Shown in pieces: positions 36,774 through 46,031 of a stretch of 64,000 nucleotides of DNA; the first letter of the stretch is position 1, and the number at the start of each line of letters is the position of its first letter. Source of the DNA: Candidatus Latescibacterota bacterium (GTDB taxonomy: Bacteria > Latescibacterota > UBA2968 > UBA8231); assembly GCA_965215195.1 (NCBI GenBank), contig CBDCDC010000002.1, forward strand, positions 672,001 to 736,000, written 5' to 3'. The position numbers and the translations under genes are program-made. Below the pieces are notes generated by a model, which had not been told where the DNA came from, ran no database searches, and saw only the letters and a program-made list of their open reading frames with translations.

Positions 36774-38195
36774 TCATTTGGCGGTGATTTGGTATTTGCG
36801 GAGCAAGTGTCGAAAGCGGTCGTAGGTCAAGCCCAATTGCCGTGCCGCGTCTTTCTGCCGCCCTCCCACTTGGGCGAGTGCGCCGTTGAGCAAGCCTCGC
36901 TCGACACGAGCGACTTGCTCGTCGAAACTGCCGCCCTCGGGAAGGGCAACGCCCCTGCCGCCGCGCACTTCTGGGGGCAAGTCTTCCGCGACCACTTCGT
37001 CCCCTTGTGCAACGCAGAGGGCGCGCTCGACAGCGAATTTGAGTTCGCGTACATTGCCCGGCCAAGCATAGGTCTCTAGCGTGGCCAAAACGCCTTCGGC
37101 GAACGGGCGTCGTTCAATCGCCGGCACTTCGTCGCATAGCTGCTGAGTAAAGTAAGCAACCAAGGGCCGGATGTCTTCGGGCCGCGCCCGCAAGGGCGGT
37201 AGCTGGAGCACGCTAAACCGCAGGCGGTCGTAGAGGTCGGCGCGGAATTTCTCGCTAGCTATTTCCCGCTCCAAATCCGCGTTGGTCGCCGCCACGACGC
37301 GAACGTCAACGTGGATCGTCTGCGTCCCACCCGTGCGTTCAAATTCTTGGTATTCTATAACGCGCAATACGTTTTTTTGGAAGTCCAGCGAAGTGTTGCC
37401 GATCTCGTCGAGAAAAAGCGTACCGCCATCGGCGGCTTCAAAGCGGCCGGGGCGCATTTGGGTCGCGCCCGTAAAGGCCCCTTTCTCGTGGCCGAACAGC
37501 TCGCTCTCGAGCAGAGTATCCGACAGCGCCGCGCAGTTCATCTTGACAAAGGCCCGCTCGCGGCGGTTGCTCCCGTAGTGCAAGGCGGCGGCGATCAGCT
37601 CCTTGCCCGTGCCCCGCTCGCCGCAGATCAGCACGGGCCGCGGTATGGAGGCGATCTGTTCAACTTGCTCTAGCAGGTTCTGAATCAGAGGACTGCGGCT
37701 GACAATCTGATAGCGCTGGCCTAGCTGGGTCCGGTAAAAGGTGTTGTCGCGACCCAAGGTCTCATTCTCGGCCTTGAGGCGGGCGTTTTCGCGCAATACC
37801 GCCAACATCCGCTCGACCTTTTCCATCTCCACTTCGAGCTTGTCCTCGACGTACAAGTCCTTCTCGATAAAATCCGCCGCCCCGGCTTGCACGGCTTCGA
37901 CCGCCAAGTCAACGCTTCCCTTGCCCGTGAGAATAATGACCGGCAGATCGGCCCAGTGCTTTTTGATCTCTTTCAGCACTTCGAGGCCGTTGGGCTGGCC
38001 AACTCCAAAGTCCAAATCCAGCACCACGAGTTCGACGTCCGTCGGCCTAGCGGCCAAATGACCGAGCAATCGTTGGCCATTAGAAAACGAGATGACCTCC
38101 TCCTTGCCCAAACTGCGCAGTTTCTCCGCCAACATCTCACGCAGTTCCCGTTGGTCATCGGCGATTAAGACAGCTTTCTTTTTTCTGCTCGCCAT
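36774..38195 (-). CDS. Sigma-54 enhancer-binding response regulator (receiver + PspF-like AAA+ + HTH)
   Basis: Receiver (IADD, LVVLD, ILTG, EK); GERGTGKE, GAFTGA, LFLDE, LRVIEY and WPGNVREL; HTH LGLTYDRFRHLLRKY. Confidence 0.93.
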   Translation of the reverse strand: MASRKKKAVLIADDQRELREMLAEKLRSLGKEEVISFSNGQRLLGHLAARPTDVELVVLDLDFGVGQPNGLEVLKEIKKHWADLPVIILTGKGSVDLAVEAVQAGAADFIEKDLYVEDKLEVEMEKVERMLAVLRENARLKAENETLGRDNTFYRTQLGQRYQIVSRSPLIQNLLEQVEQIASIPRPVLICGERGTGKELIAAALHYGSNRRERAFVKMNCAALSDTLLESELFGHEKGAFTGATQMRPGRFEAADGGTLFLDEIGNTSLDFQKNVLRVIEYQEFERTGGTQTIHVDVRVVAATNADLEREIASEKFRADLYDRLRFSVLQLPPLRARPEDIRPLVAYFTQQLCDEVPAIERRPFAEGVLATLETYAWPGNVRELKFAVERALCVAQGDEVVAEDLPPEVRGGRGVALPEGGSFDEQVARVERGLLNGALAQVGGRQKDAARQLGLTYDRFRHLLRKYQITAK

Positions 38196-38222
38196 GCTCG
38201 TCCTCGTTCAATCACTGAAAGG

Positions 38223-39578
38223 CTAGGCCTCGCCGCCCGCGAAATTGAGCGGCAGATCGAGCCGAAAAACGGTTCCATGTCCCTTTCTGCTCTTGACGCG
38301 CAGCACACCCTGATGGGCCTGGACAATGCGGCGTGCAATGCTCAAGCCATAGCCATTGCCCCGCTCCCTAGTGGTAAATCCAGGCTCGAATATCAATTCC
38401 AAATGCTCTTCCTCAATGCCTGGCCCATCGTCCTCAACCTCAATAAAGATCAGCGATTGCTCCTCGTCGTAGCCAGCACCCAGCACCACTTGACCGCCGC
38501 GGCCTTTTTCGAGGATTTCTAAGGCGTTTAGGCAGAGGTTGGTAATGGCCTCGCGCAACATCCGCTCGTCGGCTTCCACGCGCGGCAAGCCCGCTTGGAC
38601 CCGCGTCTGGATCGCGGATTTCCAAGTTTGGCGGTCAAATCCGGCGACCACTCGGCGCACCAAGCGCCCGAGATCGGTCACCGCCGGGTGGATTTTATCT
38701 GTTTTCATTGCTTCCAAGAACCCCACCCACTCGTCGTACAGGGCCTCGTATTCGCTCCCTAAGCGATTCAATTCCCCCCGCTGCGCCTCTTCGGCCTTGC
38801 GCCCCAACCCCCGCAAGCGGCTGCCGATGATCCCCATCAAGTTCTTGATGCGATGTCCCTTTGTATAAAACCCCTCGTACACCTGCTCCTTTCCCAACTC
38901 GACCATTTCCAGCGACAGACGTGCGAGGACTTGTGGAGCACTTCGCTCAAATTCCTCGCAGATGTGCTGATATTCTTGCTCTAATTCAGGGGGTTTTACG
39001 TGGCGAAAAAACAAACGAGCCAAATTTGCGTATGGCTGACTGAGCTTGGGGTCAAGCTGGATGGCGACCTTGAATTCCCCCATCGCTCCTAACACCTGGC
39101 CACCTTGCAGCAAGAGCTGGCCCAAGCTGTTGTGGCCAACTGCGGAGAGGGGATTGAGCGCCAATCCTTGGCGGAACGCCCGAATGGCTTCTCCACGCCG
39201 CTGCGGATCTTCGTTGTACTGGCTGCCGAGAGCGAAAAAGACGCTATCGAGGGCTGGGTATTCGCGCCCTTCCTCGGCCGCACGCACGATGGCCTCAAAG
39301 TGCGCCAGCGACTGCTCGCGGAACCGGGCGTTCCGCCGCCCTTGGCGCATCGCGAGCAAACCGAGTTGGTAGTGGCTTTCTAGATGCCCACTCGCCGCGG
39401 CCGCTTCCAGCGCGGCGATCGCCGCTTGCTCATCCCCCAGTTCCAAGAGACAAAGCCCTTTGCGATGCTGCAACTCCAAGTCGTCGGGCACCTGCGCTAG
39501 GCCGCGCTCGCACCACTCCAGCACCTCAGCCCAACGCGCATCTTCACAAGCCTCCACAGCGCGGTCGCACCTGTTCAC
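38223..39578 (-). CDS. Soluble TPR-containing sensor histidine kinase
   Basis: TPR repeats; H-box GHRIKN, N-box NLCLNA, DDGPGI, IFEPGFTT and GYGL; no TM segment. Confidence 0.88.
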   Translation of the reverse strand: MNRCDRAVEACEDARWAEVLEWCERGLAQVPDDLELQHRKGLCLLELGDEQAAIAALEAAAASGHLESHYQLGLLAMRQGRRNARFREQSLAHFEAIVRAAEEGREYPALDSVFFALGSQYNEDPQRRGEAIRAFRQGLALNPLSAVGHNSLGQLLLQGGQVLGAMGEFKVAIQLDPKLSQPYANLARLFFRHVKPPELEQEYQHICEEFERSAPQVLARLSLEMVELGKEQVYEGFYTKGHRIKNLMGIIGSRLRGLGRKAEEAQRGELNRLGSEYEALYDEWVGFLEAMKTDKIHPAVTDLGRLVRRVVAGFDRQTWKSAIQTRVQAGLPRVEADERMLREAITNLCLNALEILEKGRGGQVVLGAGYDEEQSLIFIEVEDDGPGIEEEHLELIFEPGFTTRERGNGYGLSIARRIVQAHQGVLRVKSRKGHGTVFRLDLPLNFAGGEA

Positions 39579-39853
39579 GGCCTAGCCTTGCTCTCGTCGT
39601 TCTTGGCACTCCACGGCTCAGCTTCTGCCTCCTCCAGCCGATCAATCTTTTCGCTGAGAGCAATCATCACGTCCTGCACCTCAGTCAGCCGCTGCTCAAC
39701 TCGCTCTAGCCGCTCGACGATCCGATCCTCTTTCTCTTGGGCTTTTTTATCCCGTCGCTTGCGGCTCGAATAATGCTTGTTGCCCCAATTGACCAATCCA
39801 CTGCACAGGATGATGAGACAGACGCCAATGGCGACCAGCAAAAACCCATTCAT
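39575..39853 (-). CDS. Small single-TM coiled-coil protein (PspB-like topology)
   Basis: N-terminal TM followed by a heptad-rich RLERVEQRL...KIDRLE segment; gggagg RBS. Confidence 0.75.
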   Translation of the reverse strand: MNGFLLVAIGVCLIILCSGLVNWGNKHYSSRKRRDKKAQEKEDRIVERLERVEQRLTEVQDVMIALSEKIDRLEEAEAEPWSAKNDESKARP

Positions 39854-39939
39854 TTGCTCCCTCCCTGTTTGAGCTATGCACGCGCCAGCCGTGAGCGCGT
39901 GCTATTGAATTGCGGCAATCCCGCCTCTGCCTGTTTGTA

Positions 39940-40458
39940 TCAGGCACTTTCAACGCCCCGGCTCCAGTGTTTCTCGTGCGCGAAAAGCACTTCTGGAAAG
40001 CGATAGACGATCAGGCCCGAATCGGTTATTTCGACCTCGACGAACCCCCCATCGGCCAAGCGCTTGAGAATTTCCGCGGATTCCTCAACCGTCAGCCCAG
40101 TATCGGCCGCCGTTTCGGTCACTGTCAGGCGACCACCGCGCTGGCGGGCCAAGCGCACGACGCGGTTTTGCTGCCGCCGATAGCGCAGCAGATGCGCGGC
40201 CGCATCGAGTTTTTTGGCCAATATCCAGAGCAAACTGCCGAAGATGACCTGCGTGACGCCAATGGCGAAGAGATCGAAATCGCGCCCCGGACCATCGGCA
40301 TCGGCACTGAGCATCTGAAATAGTCCGTAGAGCATAAATCCCAGCCCTATTGGCACGATCGGTACGGCCAGCACCTTGAGAAAAAGAGCGCCTAAACGCT
40401 TGCACCCGCTCTCGATCGCACTGCCTACCTTGAGGTTGGCTTCGTCGATGAATTTCAT
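39940..40458 (-). CDS. Two-TM membrane protein with C-terminal winged helix
   Basis: Two hydrophobic helices, then RLARQRGGRLTVTETAADTGLTVEESAEILKRLADGGFVEVEITDSGLIVYRF. Confidence 0.8.
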   Translation of the reverse strand: MKFIDEANLKVGSAIESGCKRLGALFLKVLAVPIVPIGLGFMLYGLFQMLSADADGPGRDFDLFAIGVTQVIFGSLLWILAKKLDAAAHLLRYRRQQNRVVRLARQRGGRLTVTETAADTGLTVEESAEILKRLADGGFVEVEITDSGLIVYRFPEVLFAHEKHWSRGVESA

Positions 40459-40470
40459 AGTTCACCTGCT

Positions 40471-40497
40471 AAAAAGCCCGCAGTATACACTGCGGGC
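40471..40497 (-). terminator. Intrinsic terminator after pspA
   Basis: GCCCGCAGT-4 nt-ACTGCGGGC followed by TTTTT on the minus strand. Confidence 0.7.
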
Positions 40498-40504
40498 CAT
40501 AGGG

Positions 40505-41179
40505 TTACTTGTCTTTCTTCATCTTGCTCTTTAGAGCCTTCAACTCGTCGTCAACGCTGTGGTCGACTTCGATTTGGCGGATTTCTTTCTCAACGTCTTC
40601 CATCTCGCCCGAAATCTCCACATGCGCAGCAGCCTCCGCCTCGCTCTCTTCGACTTTCTGCTCAAAGCGTTCAAAGCTGGAAAAGGCATCCTGACCCAAC
40701 CCGGAAATGCTCTGGGCCAGACGCTTGCGGGCTTGGGCGGCTTGGTGGCGGGCGACCAACGTGCCCTGCCGGGTCCGCGCTTCTTCGAGCTTGGTCTTTA
40801 GCTCGCGTAGCTGCTCGCGCAATTGCTCGGCCGTCTGCCGACTCTCCTCCACAGCCGGAGCCAAGTCCTCGGCGGCTTTGGCAAACACCGCCTTGCGCTC
40901 CAGCGCACGTCGCGCCAGTGCATCCTCGCCCGACTCCACCGCCCGTTCGGCCTTCTGCTGCCATTCGGCGACCTGGCTTTGCTTATCGTTAAACTGGCGC
41001 TCAAGCCGCTTGTGGTTGGCCACCGCCGTCCCCACTGAAGCAGTCGCCTTGCCGACCGCCTCTTCCATGTCCCGCACCATCTGGCGGATCATCTTGTCCG
41101 GCTCTTCGGCCCGGTCAAGCATCTCGTTGATATTGGACTTGAGGATATCGCTTATCCTCGCTAAGGTTCCCTTAGCCAT
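40505..41179 (-). CDS. pspA: Phage shock protein A (PspA/IM30/Vipp1 family)
   Basis: LARISDILKSNINEMLDRAEEPDKMIRQMVRDME, GEDALARRAL, FERFEQKV and VDDELKALK. Confidence 0.95.
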   Translation of the reverse strand: MAKGTLARISDILKSNINEMLDRAEEPDKMIRQMVRDMEEAVGKATASVGTAVANHKRLERQFNDKQSQVAEWQQKAERAVESGEDALARRALERKAVFAKAAEDLAPAVEESRQTAEQLREQLRELKTKLEEARTRQGTLVARHQAAQARKRLAQSISGLGQDAFSSFERFEQKVEESEAEAAAHVEISGEMEDVEKEIRQIEVDHSVDDELKALKSKMKKDK

Positions 41180-41228
41180 TGTGCACCTTCCTTGATTGAG
41201 TGGAACTTATCATGCGCTATTCCTAACT

Positions 41229-41244
41229 TGCAAGGGCCGTGCCA
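41229..41244 (-). promoter_or_regulatory. sigma-54 (-24/-12) promoter of pspA
   Basis: The minus strand reads TGGCACGGCCCTTGCA, an exact match to TGGCAC-N5-TTGCW. Confidence 0.9.
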
Positions 41245-41321
41245 AAAGTGCCAGTACGCCCATAATTTATTACAGTCCATTGTGTTATAGACAAAACATA
41301 GATCGAATTATTACTTGTTAA

Positions 41322-41357
41322 TGGCCAGATTCGCCACTTAGATGGCGTCATTGGCCA
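41322..41357. promoter_or_regulatory. Paired upstream activator sites (UAS)
   Basis: TGGCcagattcGCCA and TGGCgtcattgGCCA, 21 bp apart start-to-start and about 80-115 bp upstream of the -24 box. Confidence 0.7.
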
Positions 41358-41409
41358 TTTTCACTCCGTTGATCACTTATTATAACAAATTTTCAAAAAG
41401 GATATTGCA

Positions 41410-42852
41410 ATGGCCAATCCATTGGTCTTGAGTGGCTTAGTTGTCTATCTCGCGGTGATGCTGGGCATTGGCCTATATGCTGGCCGCCGCGTCCGCAACT
41501 CAACCGACTTCATCGTCGCCGGCCAACGCCTGCCCCTGTTGCTCTGCACCGCAACCCTCGCTGCGACGTGGTTTGGCGGTGGAATCTGCATTGGCGCTGC
41601 AAGTGCTGCATACAAGGGCGGCATCCTCGCGGTCATTGCCGATCCTTTTGGCGCGGCTTTGTGCCTGTTCATCGCCGGCCTCTTTTACGTCCGGCTGATG
41701 CGGCGCATGGGCTTGATGACGATTGCATCCTTTTTTAGCCGCCGCTTCGGCCCGCGGGCGGGCTTGCTAGCCAGTCTTTGTACCATTCCCGCCTATGTTG
41801 GCTGGACCGGCTCGCTCTTGTTGGCCTTTGGGCGGATCCTGCAGAGCTTGACCGGCATAGAACCCGCTGTCGGCATCTGCGCAGCCGCAGCCATCGTGCT
41901 GATCTACACTTGGGCCGGCGGCATGTGGGCCGTCACGCTGACCGACTTCGTCCAAGTGACCGTCCTCGTGCTCGGGCTGTTTATTTTGACGCCGATTCTC
42001 CTCGGCGACATGGGCGGCTGGAAGGCCCTCGTCGCCCAAATCCCGGCCTCCCGCTTCGATTTCTATCCCCGAGGTGGCACGGCCAGTTGGTTGGCCTATG
42101 CGCGCGATTGGCTGGTCATCGGCCTTGGCAACCTAGCAGGCCAAGACCTAATCCAGCGCAGTCTTTCCAGCCGCGACGAAAAGGTGGCTTACCGCAGCGC
42201 CTACCTTGCTGGACTCCTTTATATAACGGTCGGGCTATTGCCCGTTTTTCTCGGCATGGCGGGTGCGGTCGTCTTCCCGGATTTGGCCGATCCCGATCTA
42301 GTTATGATGGCCCTAGCACTAGAGTACCTTCCGGATCTGGCCTTGATCCTCTTTATGGGTGCCCTCGTCTCGGCCCTCCTGTCCAGCGCCGACAGTGCTC
42401 TCCTCGCTCCAGCGAGCGTCATTGGCTGGGATCTCTTGCGTTACTTCAAACCTGCTGCCGAAGAGCGGTCGTCGCTGCGCGTGACGCGCTTGTCCGTCCT
42501 CTTCTTGGGCGCGGTATCGCTCCTGCTAGCTCTGCGGACCGCTTCGGTTTACGACTTGATGGTCAACTCTTGGTCCGTGCTCCTCGCCTCGCTATTCGTC
42601 CCGCTAACCGCTGGCTTGTGGTGGCCCAAGAGCAACGGCCCTGGGGCCCTAGCCTCCATAGGGGTCGGTCTGTGCGCTTGGCAGGTTCTGAGGATGCTCT
42701 CCGCGGATTTGCCAGCCGACCTTTTGGCCGTGCCCTTTTCCGCCCTCGCCTTAGTAATCGTCAGCTTACTAACCCAAAAAAAGGCTCCGCCGCAGCCCTT
42801 ACTCAATGCCGAGGGGCGCCCCCTAGCCTATAAAAACCGCTTGGGCATTTAA
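41410..42852 (+). CDS. Sodium:solute symporter family protein
   Basis: DFIVAGQRL, ATWFGGG, GGMWAVTLTDFVQ and LSSADS; many TM segments. Confidence 0.92.
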   Translation: MANPLVLSGLVVYLAVMLGIGLYAGRRVRNSTDFIVAGQRLPLLLCTATLAATWFGGGICIGAASAAYKGGILAVIADPFGAALCLFIAGLFYVRLMRRMGLMTIASFFSRRFGPRAGLLASLCTIPAYVGWTGSLLLAFGRILQSLTGIEPAVGICAAAAIVLIYTWAGGMWAVTLTDFVQVTVLVLGLFILTPILLGDMGGWKALVAQIPASRFDFYPRGGTASWLAYARDWLVIGLGNLAGQDLIQRSLSSRDEKVAYRSAYLAGLLYITVGLLPVFLGMAGAVVFPDLADPDLVMMALALEYLPDLALILFMGALVSALLSSADSALLAPASVIGWDLLRYFKPAAEERSSLRVTRLSVLFLGAVSLLLALRTASVYDLMVNSWSVLLASLFVPLTAGLWWPKSNGPGALASIGVGLCAWQVLRMLSADLPADLLAVPFSALALVIVSLLTQKKAPPQPLLNAEGRPLAYKNRLGI

Positions 42853-42932
42853 TCCAAACGCGCTTGACAGACAGAAGCGCACGCTTAACTTGTTGACAAC
42901 CTACCACGACCCCCTTAAAGAGGAACTTGACC

Positions 42933-44342
42933 ATGAAGATGTACATTGCCGGAGAATGGGTTGACAAAGCCGAGACCATGGACGTCGTCAACCCCTATGA
43001 TGGCTCGGTCATCGACACCGTCCCGAGAGGCGACGCCGCAGACATTGAGCGCGCCATTGACTCGGCCGAGCGCGGTGCCAAGGTCATGGCCGCAATGAGT
43101 GCCTATGATCGCTACCAGATCATCCATCGAGCGGCCGATCTAATGCTAGAGCGGCTCGACGACCTAGGGCGCACGATTACCCTCGAAGAGGGCAAAGTGC
43201 TCGCCGAGGGCATAGGCGAGGCGTCCCGTGCCCAAGAGACCATCGTCCTCTCTGCCGAGGAAGCCAAGCGCCTGACTGGCGAAACGCTCGACCTGAGCGG
43301 AGCTTCTAACGGGGCGGGCAAATTCGGCTTTACGCTGCGGGTCCCCTGTGGCGTGGTGGCCGCTATTACGCCCTTTAACTTCCCGCTCAACCTCGTCTGC
43401 CACAAAGTGGGCCCTGCTCTGGCCGCCGGCAACGCAATTGTCGTCAAGCCTGCCAGCGACACCCCGCTTTCGGCACTCAAACTGACCGAGATTTTTCTCG
43501 ACGCGGGCCTGCCGGAGGAAGCCATTCAATGCGTCACGGGTTCGGGCGGCGTCATTGGCGATGCGATCAGTTCCAATCCCAAGGTCCGCAAAATCAGCTT
43601 CACGGGCAGCCGCGATGTCGGCGAACACATCTGTAAGGTCGCTGGCCTGAAGAAAGTGACCATGGAGCTAGGTTCCAACTCCCCGCTGATCGTCATGCCG
43701 GACGCCGATCTCGAAAAGGTCGCCGCCGCCACCGCCAATACCGGCTTTGCCAACGCTGGCCAAGTCTGCATCTCGACTCAGCGGGTATTCGCCAGCAGCG
43801 AGGTGTACGGGGATTTTATAGACGCCCTGAAACCCGAGGTCGAATCCCTGACGACCGGCAATCCCCTCGACGACAGCGTCAAGATGGGGCCTATGATCCG
43901 CGTCCAAGACGCCGAGCGCGTTGAGTCTTGGGTGCAGGAAGCCGTTGGGGCTGGAGCCAGCATCGTCACCGGCGGGACCCGCGAGGGCACGATGTACGCC
44001 CCGACCATCCTAGCCGATGTAGCACCGGAGATGAAAGTCTCCTGCGACGAGATTTTTGGCCCAGCACTCGGCATCAGCCGGATCGACGATATCGACCAAG
44101 CCATCGCCATGGCCAACGATACCAACTATGGTCTCAGCGCCGCAATTTTCACCGAGAATCTCAACTGGGCCCTTCAGTTTGCCCAGCAGGTGCAATCGGG
44201 CAACATTCACATCAACTGGGGCACTCAGTGGCGCGCCGATCTGATGCCCTATGGCGGCCTCAAGGAAAGCGGCATGGGCAAGGAGGGGCCCCGATACGCG
44301 GTCGAGGAAATGACCGAAACTAAGCTGGTCGTCATTCATTAA
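42933..44342 (+). CDS. Aldehyde dehydrogenase
   Basis: ITPFNFP, KPAS, SFTGS, ELGSN, AGQVCIS, EIFGP and PYGGLKESG. Confidence 0.95.
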   Translation: MKMYIAGEWVDKAETMDVVNPYDGSVIDTVPRGDAADIERAIDSAERGAKVMAAMSAYDRYQIIHRAADLMLERLDDLGRTITLEEGKVLAEGIGEASRAQETIVLSAEEAKRLTGETLDLSGASNGAGKFGFTLRVPCGVVAAITPFNFPLNLVCHKVGPALAAGNAIVVKPASDTPLSALKLTEIFLDAGLPEEAIQCVTGSGGVIGDAISSNPKVRKISFTGSRDVGEHICKVAGLKKVTMELGSNSPLIVMPDADLEKVAAATANTGFANAGQVCISTQRVFASSEVYGDFIDALKPEVESLTTGNPLDDSVKMGPMIRVQDAERVESWVQEAVGAGASIVTGGTREGTMYAPTILADVAPEMKVSCDEIFGPALGISRIDDIDQAIAMANDTNYGLSAAIFTENLNWALQFAQQVQSGNIHINWGTQWRADLMPYGGLKESGMGKEGPRYAVEEMTETKLVVIH

Positions 44343-44354
44343 AAACCTCTGGCC

Positions 44355-44398
44355 AAAAAGGGGGGGACGCACCGGCTGGGGCCGGGCGTCCCCCTTTT
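44355..44398. terminator. Bidirectional intrinsic terminator
   Basis: AAAAGGGGG..GACGC.CCGGC-tggg-GCCGG.GCGTCCCCCTTTT between convergent genes. Confidence 0.8.
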
Positions 44399-45256
44399 CT
44401 ATTTTGTATCCCTATCCAGCGACTCCAGAAACGCGGCGCGGATCTGCCGCGTAATCGAACCCGGTGTACCATCGCCGATAACGGCGGCATCGATTTTTAC
44501 CACCGGCATCGCCTCAAGCGTAGTACCGGCGATAAAAACCTCGTCGGCTTCCTTAAATTGGTCCAGTGTGCAAAACTCTTCGTCGATGAGTATGCCGAGC
44601 TTGCAAGCCAAACCGAGGAGAATTCCTCTGGTGATACTCGGCAGGATGTGGGGACCAATAGGCGCGGTACACAATCGCCCGGCCCGTACGCAGAAAGCAC
44701 TGGTCGAAGCTCCTTCGGTGACCCGGCCTTCCGCATCGACCAGCAGCGCCTCAAAGGCCCCTGCTTGCGCCGCCGACTGTTTGGCCAAAATGTTGGGCAG
44801 TAAGGCGATGCTCTTGATATCGCAGCACTTCCAGCGCAAGTCTTTGGTGCTAATGACCTCGACGCCGCGTGTATAGGCGTCCTGCGGCAGGCGACGCAAC
44901 TCCTTAAACGTCATTACGACGGTGGGCGCGACCGGGACAGCGGGAAACTCGTGCCGCCTTGGGGCGACCCCGCGCGTAACTTGGATATAGACTAAAGTCT
45001 CGCCAAAATCGCTCCGCTCGATGCCTTCCATCAGCTTGGCCCTAAGGCCATACTTGCGGATATCCAACGGCAAGTGCAGTGCTTCTAGGTTGCCCTGGAG
45101 GCGCACCAAGTGCGGCTCTAAGGCATAGGGGCACCCGCCGTAGGTGGCAACGACCTCATAGACCCCATCGGCGAACTGATAGCCCCGGTCCTCAATCGAC
45201 ACCATGGCTTGGGCCAGTGGACAGAAGCGGCCGTTGACATAGGCGACTTCGGGCAT
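44399..45256 (-). CDS. dat: D-amino-acid aminotransferase (class IV)
   Basis: EDRGYQFADGVYEV, YIQVTRG, DIKS.LLPN, EGASTS and ILPSITR. Confidence 0.88.
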   Translation of the reverse strand: MPEVAYVNGRFCPLAQAMVSIEDRGYQFADGVYEVVATYGGCPYALEPHLVRLQGNLEALHLPLDIRKYGLRAKLMEGIERSDFGETLVYIQVTRGVAPRRHEFPAVPVAPTVVMTFKELRRLPQDAYTRGVEVISTKDLRWKCCDIKSIALLPNILAKQSAAQAGAFEALLVDAEGRVTEGASTSAFCVRAGRLCTAPIGPHILPSITRGILLGLACKLGILIDEEFCTLDQFKEADEVFIAGTTLEAMPVVKIDAAVIGDGTPGSITRQIRAAFLESLDRDTK

Positions 45257-45266
45257 CGCCCCCTCG

Positions 45267-46031
45267 CTAGCGTTTGGCGAGGGCCTGCCACAGGGCCCGA
45301 TAATAGCGCATCAGGCGCAGAGGCTCTGAGCTTTCGGGGATTTCGGCGAGGCAATAACCTGCGTACCCGCTCTGTCGCAGCAGGGCAAAGAGCCGCTCCC
45401 AAGGGTAATCGCTCCACAACTCGGTAATGTGGACCAAGGCCATGGCGTCCTGCAAGGAGGCGAAACTGCCGTCGATGGAGCCGTCGACTAGGTCCGTGGC
45501 ATTGGAATTCCAACAGACGAAGACATTGTCGTGGTCGGCGTAGTCGATGATCTTGCGGATGTTGGCTGGATCCGAGGTCGTGCGGCCGTGGACCTCCAAG
45601 CGAATCTGCACCCCTAGGTCGCGGGCAAATTCGCCGCACTCGCGCAAGCTGACGCCGATCTGCTCCAAGGTCTGCTCAATGGGGATCCCCTCATCTACGT
45701 GGACGTTGTTGGGACGCACCTTGACGCCGCCGACTCCGAGATCGCGGGCCAAGCGCACGTATTCTTTAGTCCCGTCAATGTGACTTCGCAGCACCAGCGG
45801 ATCGACGGCGTCGTATTCAAAGGCACTGCCCAATCCTACCAGTTCGACCGCCGAGTCGGCAAAGCGCCTCTTGACCTCGGCCCGCTCAGCCGAGCTGAGC
45901 GCCACTTCGACTCCGTGGGCATGCGTGGTCCGCAGTTCAACTCCGGCAAAGCCGGTCTCTTCGCAATGGGCAATCAGCGTCTCTAAATCCCAATCGCGGC
46001 CCAAGTTGTAGGTCACCATACCGAGCTTCAC
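45267..46031 (-). CDS. Sugar phosphate isomerase/epimerase (xylose isomerase-like TIM barrel)
   Basis: GFAGVELR, IRLEVHG and LVHI; GTG start overlaps the upstream TGA. Confidence 0.82.
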   Translation of the reverse strand: MKLGMVTYNLGRDWDLETLIAHCEETGFAGVELRTTHAHGVEVALSSAERAEVKRRFADSAVELVGLGSAFEYDAVDPLVLRSHIDGTKEYVRLARDLGVGGVKVRPNNVHVDEGIPIEQTLEQIGVSLRECGEFARDLGVQIRLEVHGRTTSDPANIRKIIDYADHDNVFVCWNSNATDLVDGSIDGSFASLQDAMALVHITELWSDYPWERLFALLRQSGYAGYCLAEIPESSEPLRLMRYYRALWQALAKR

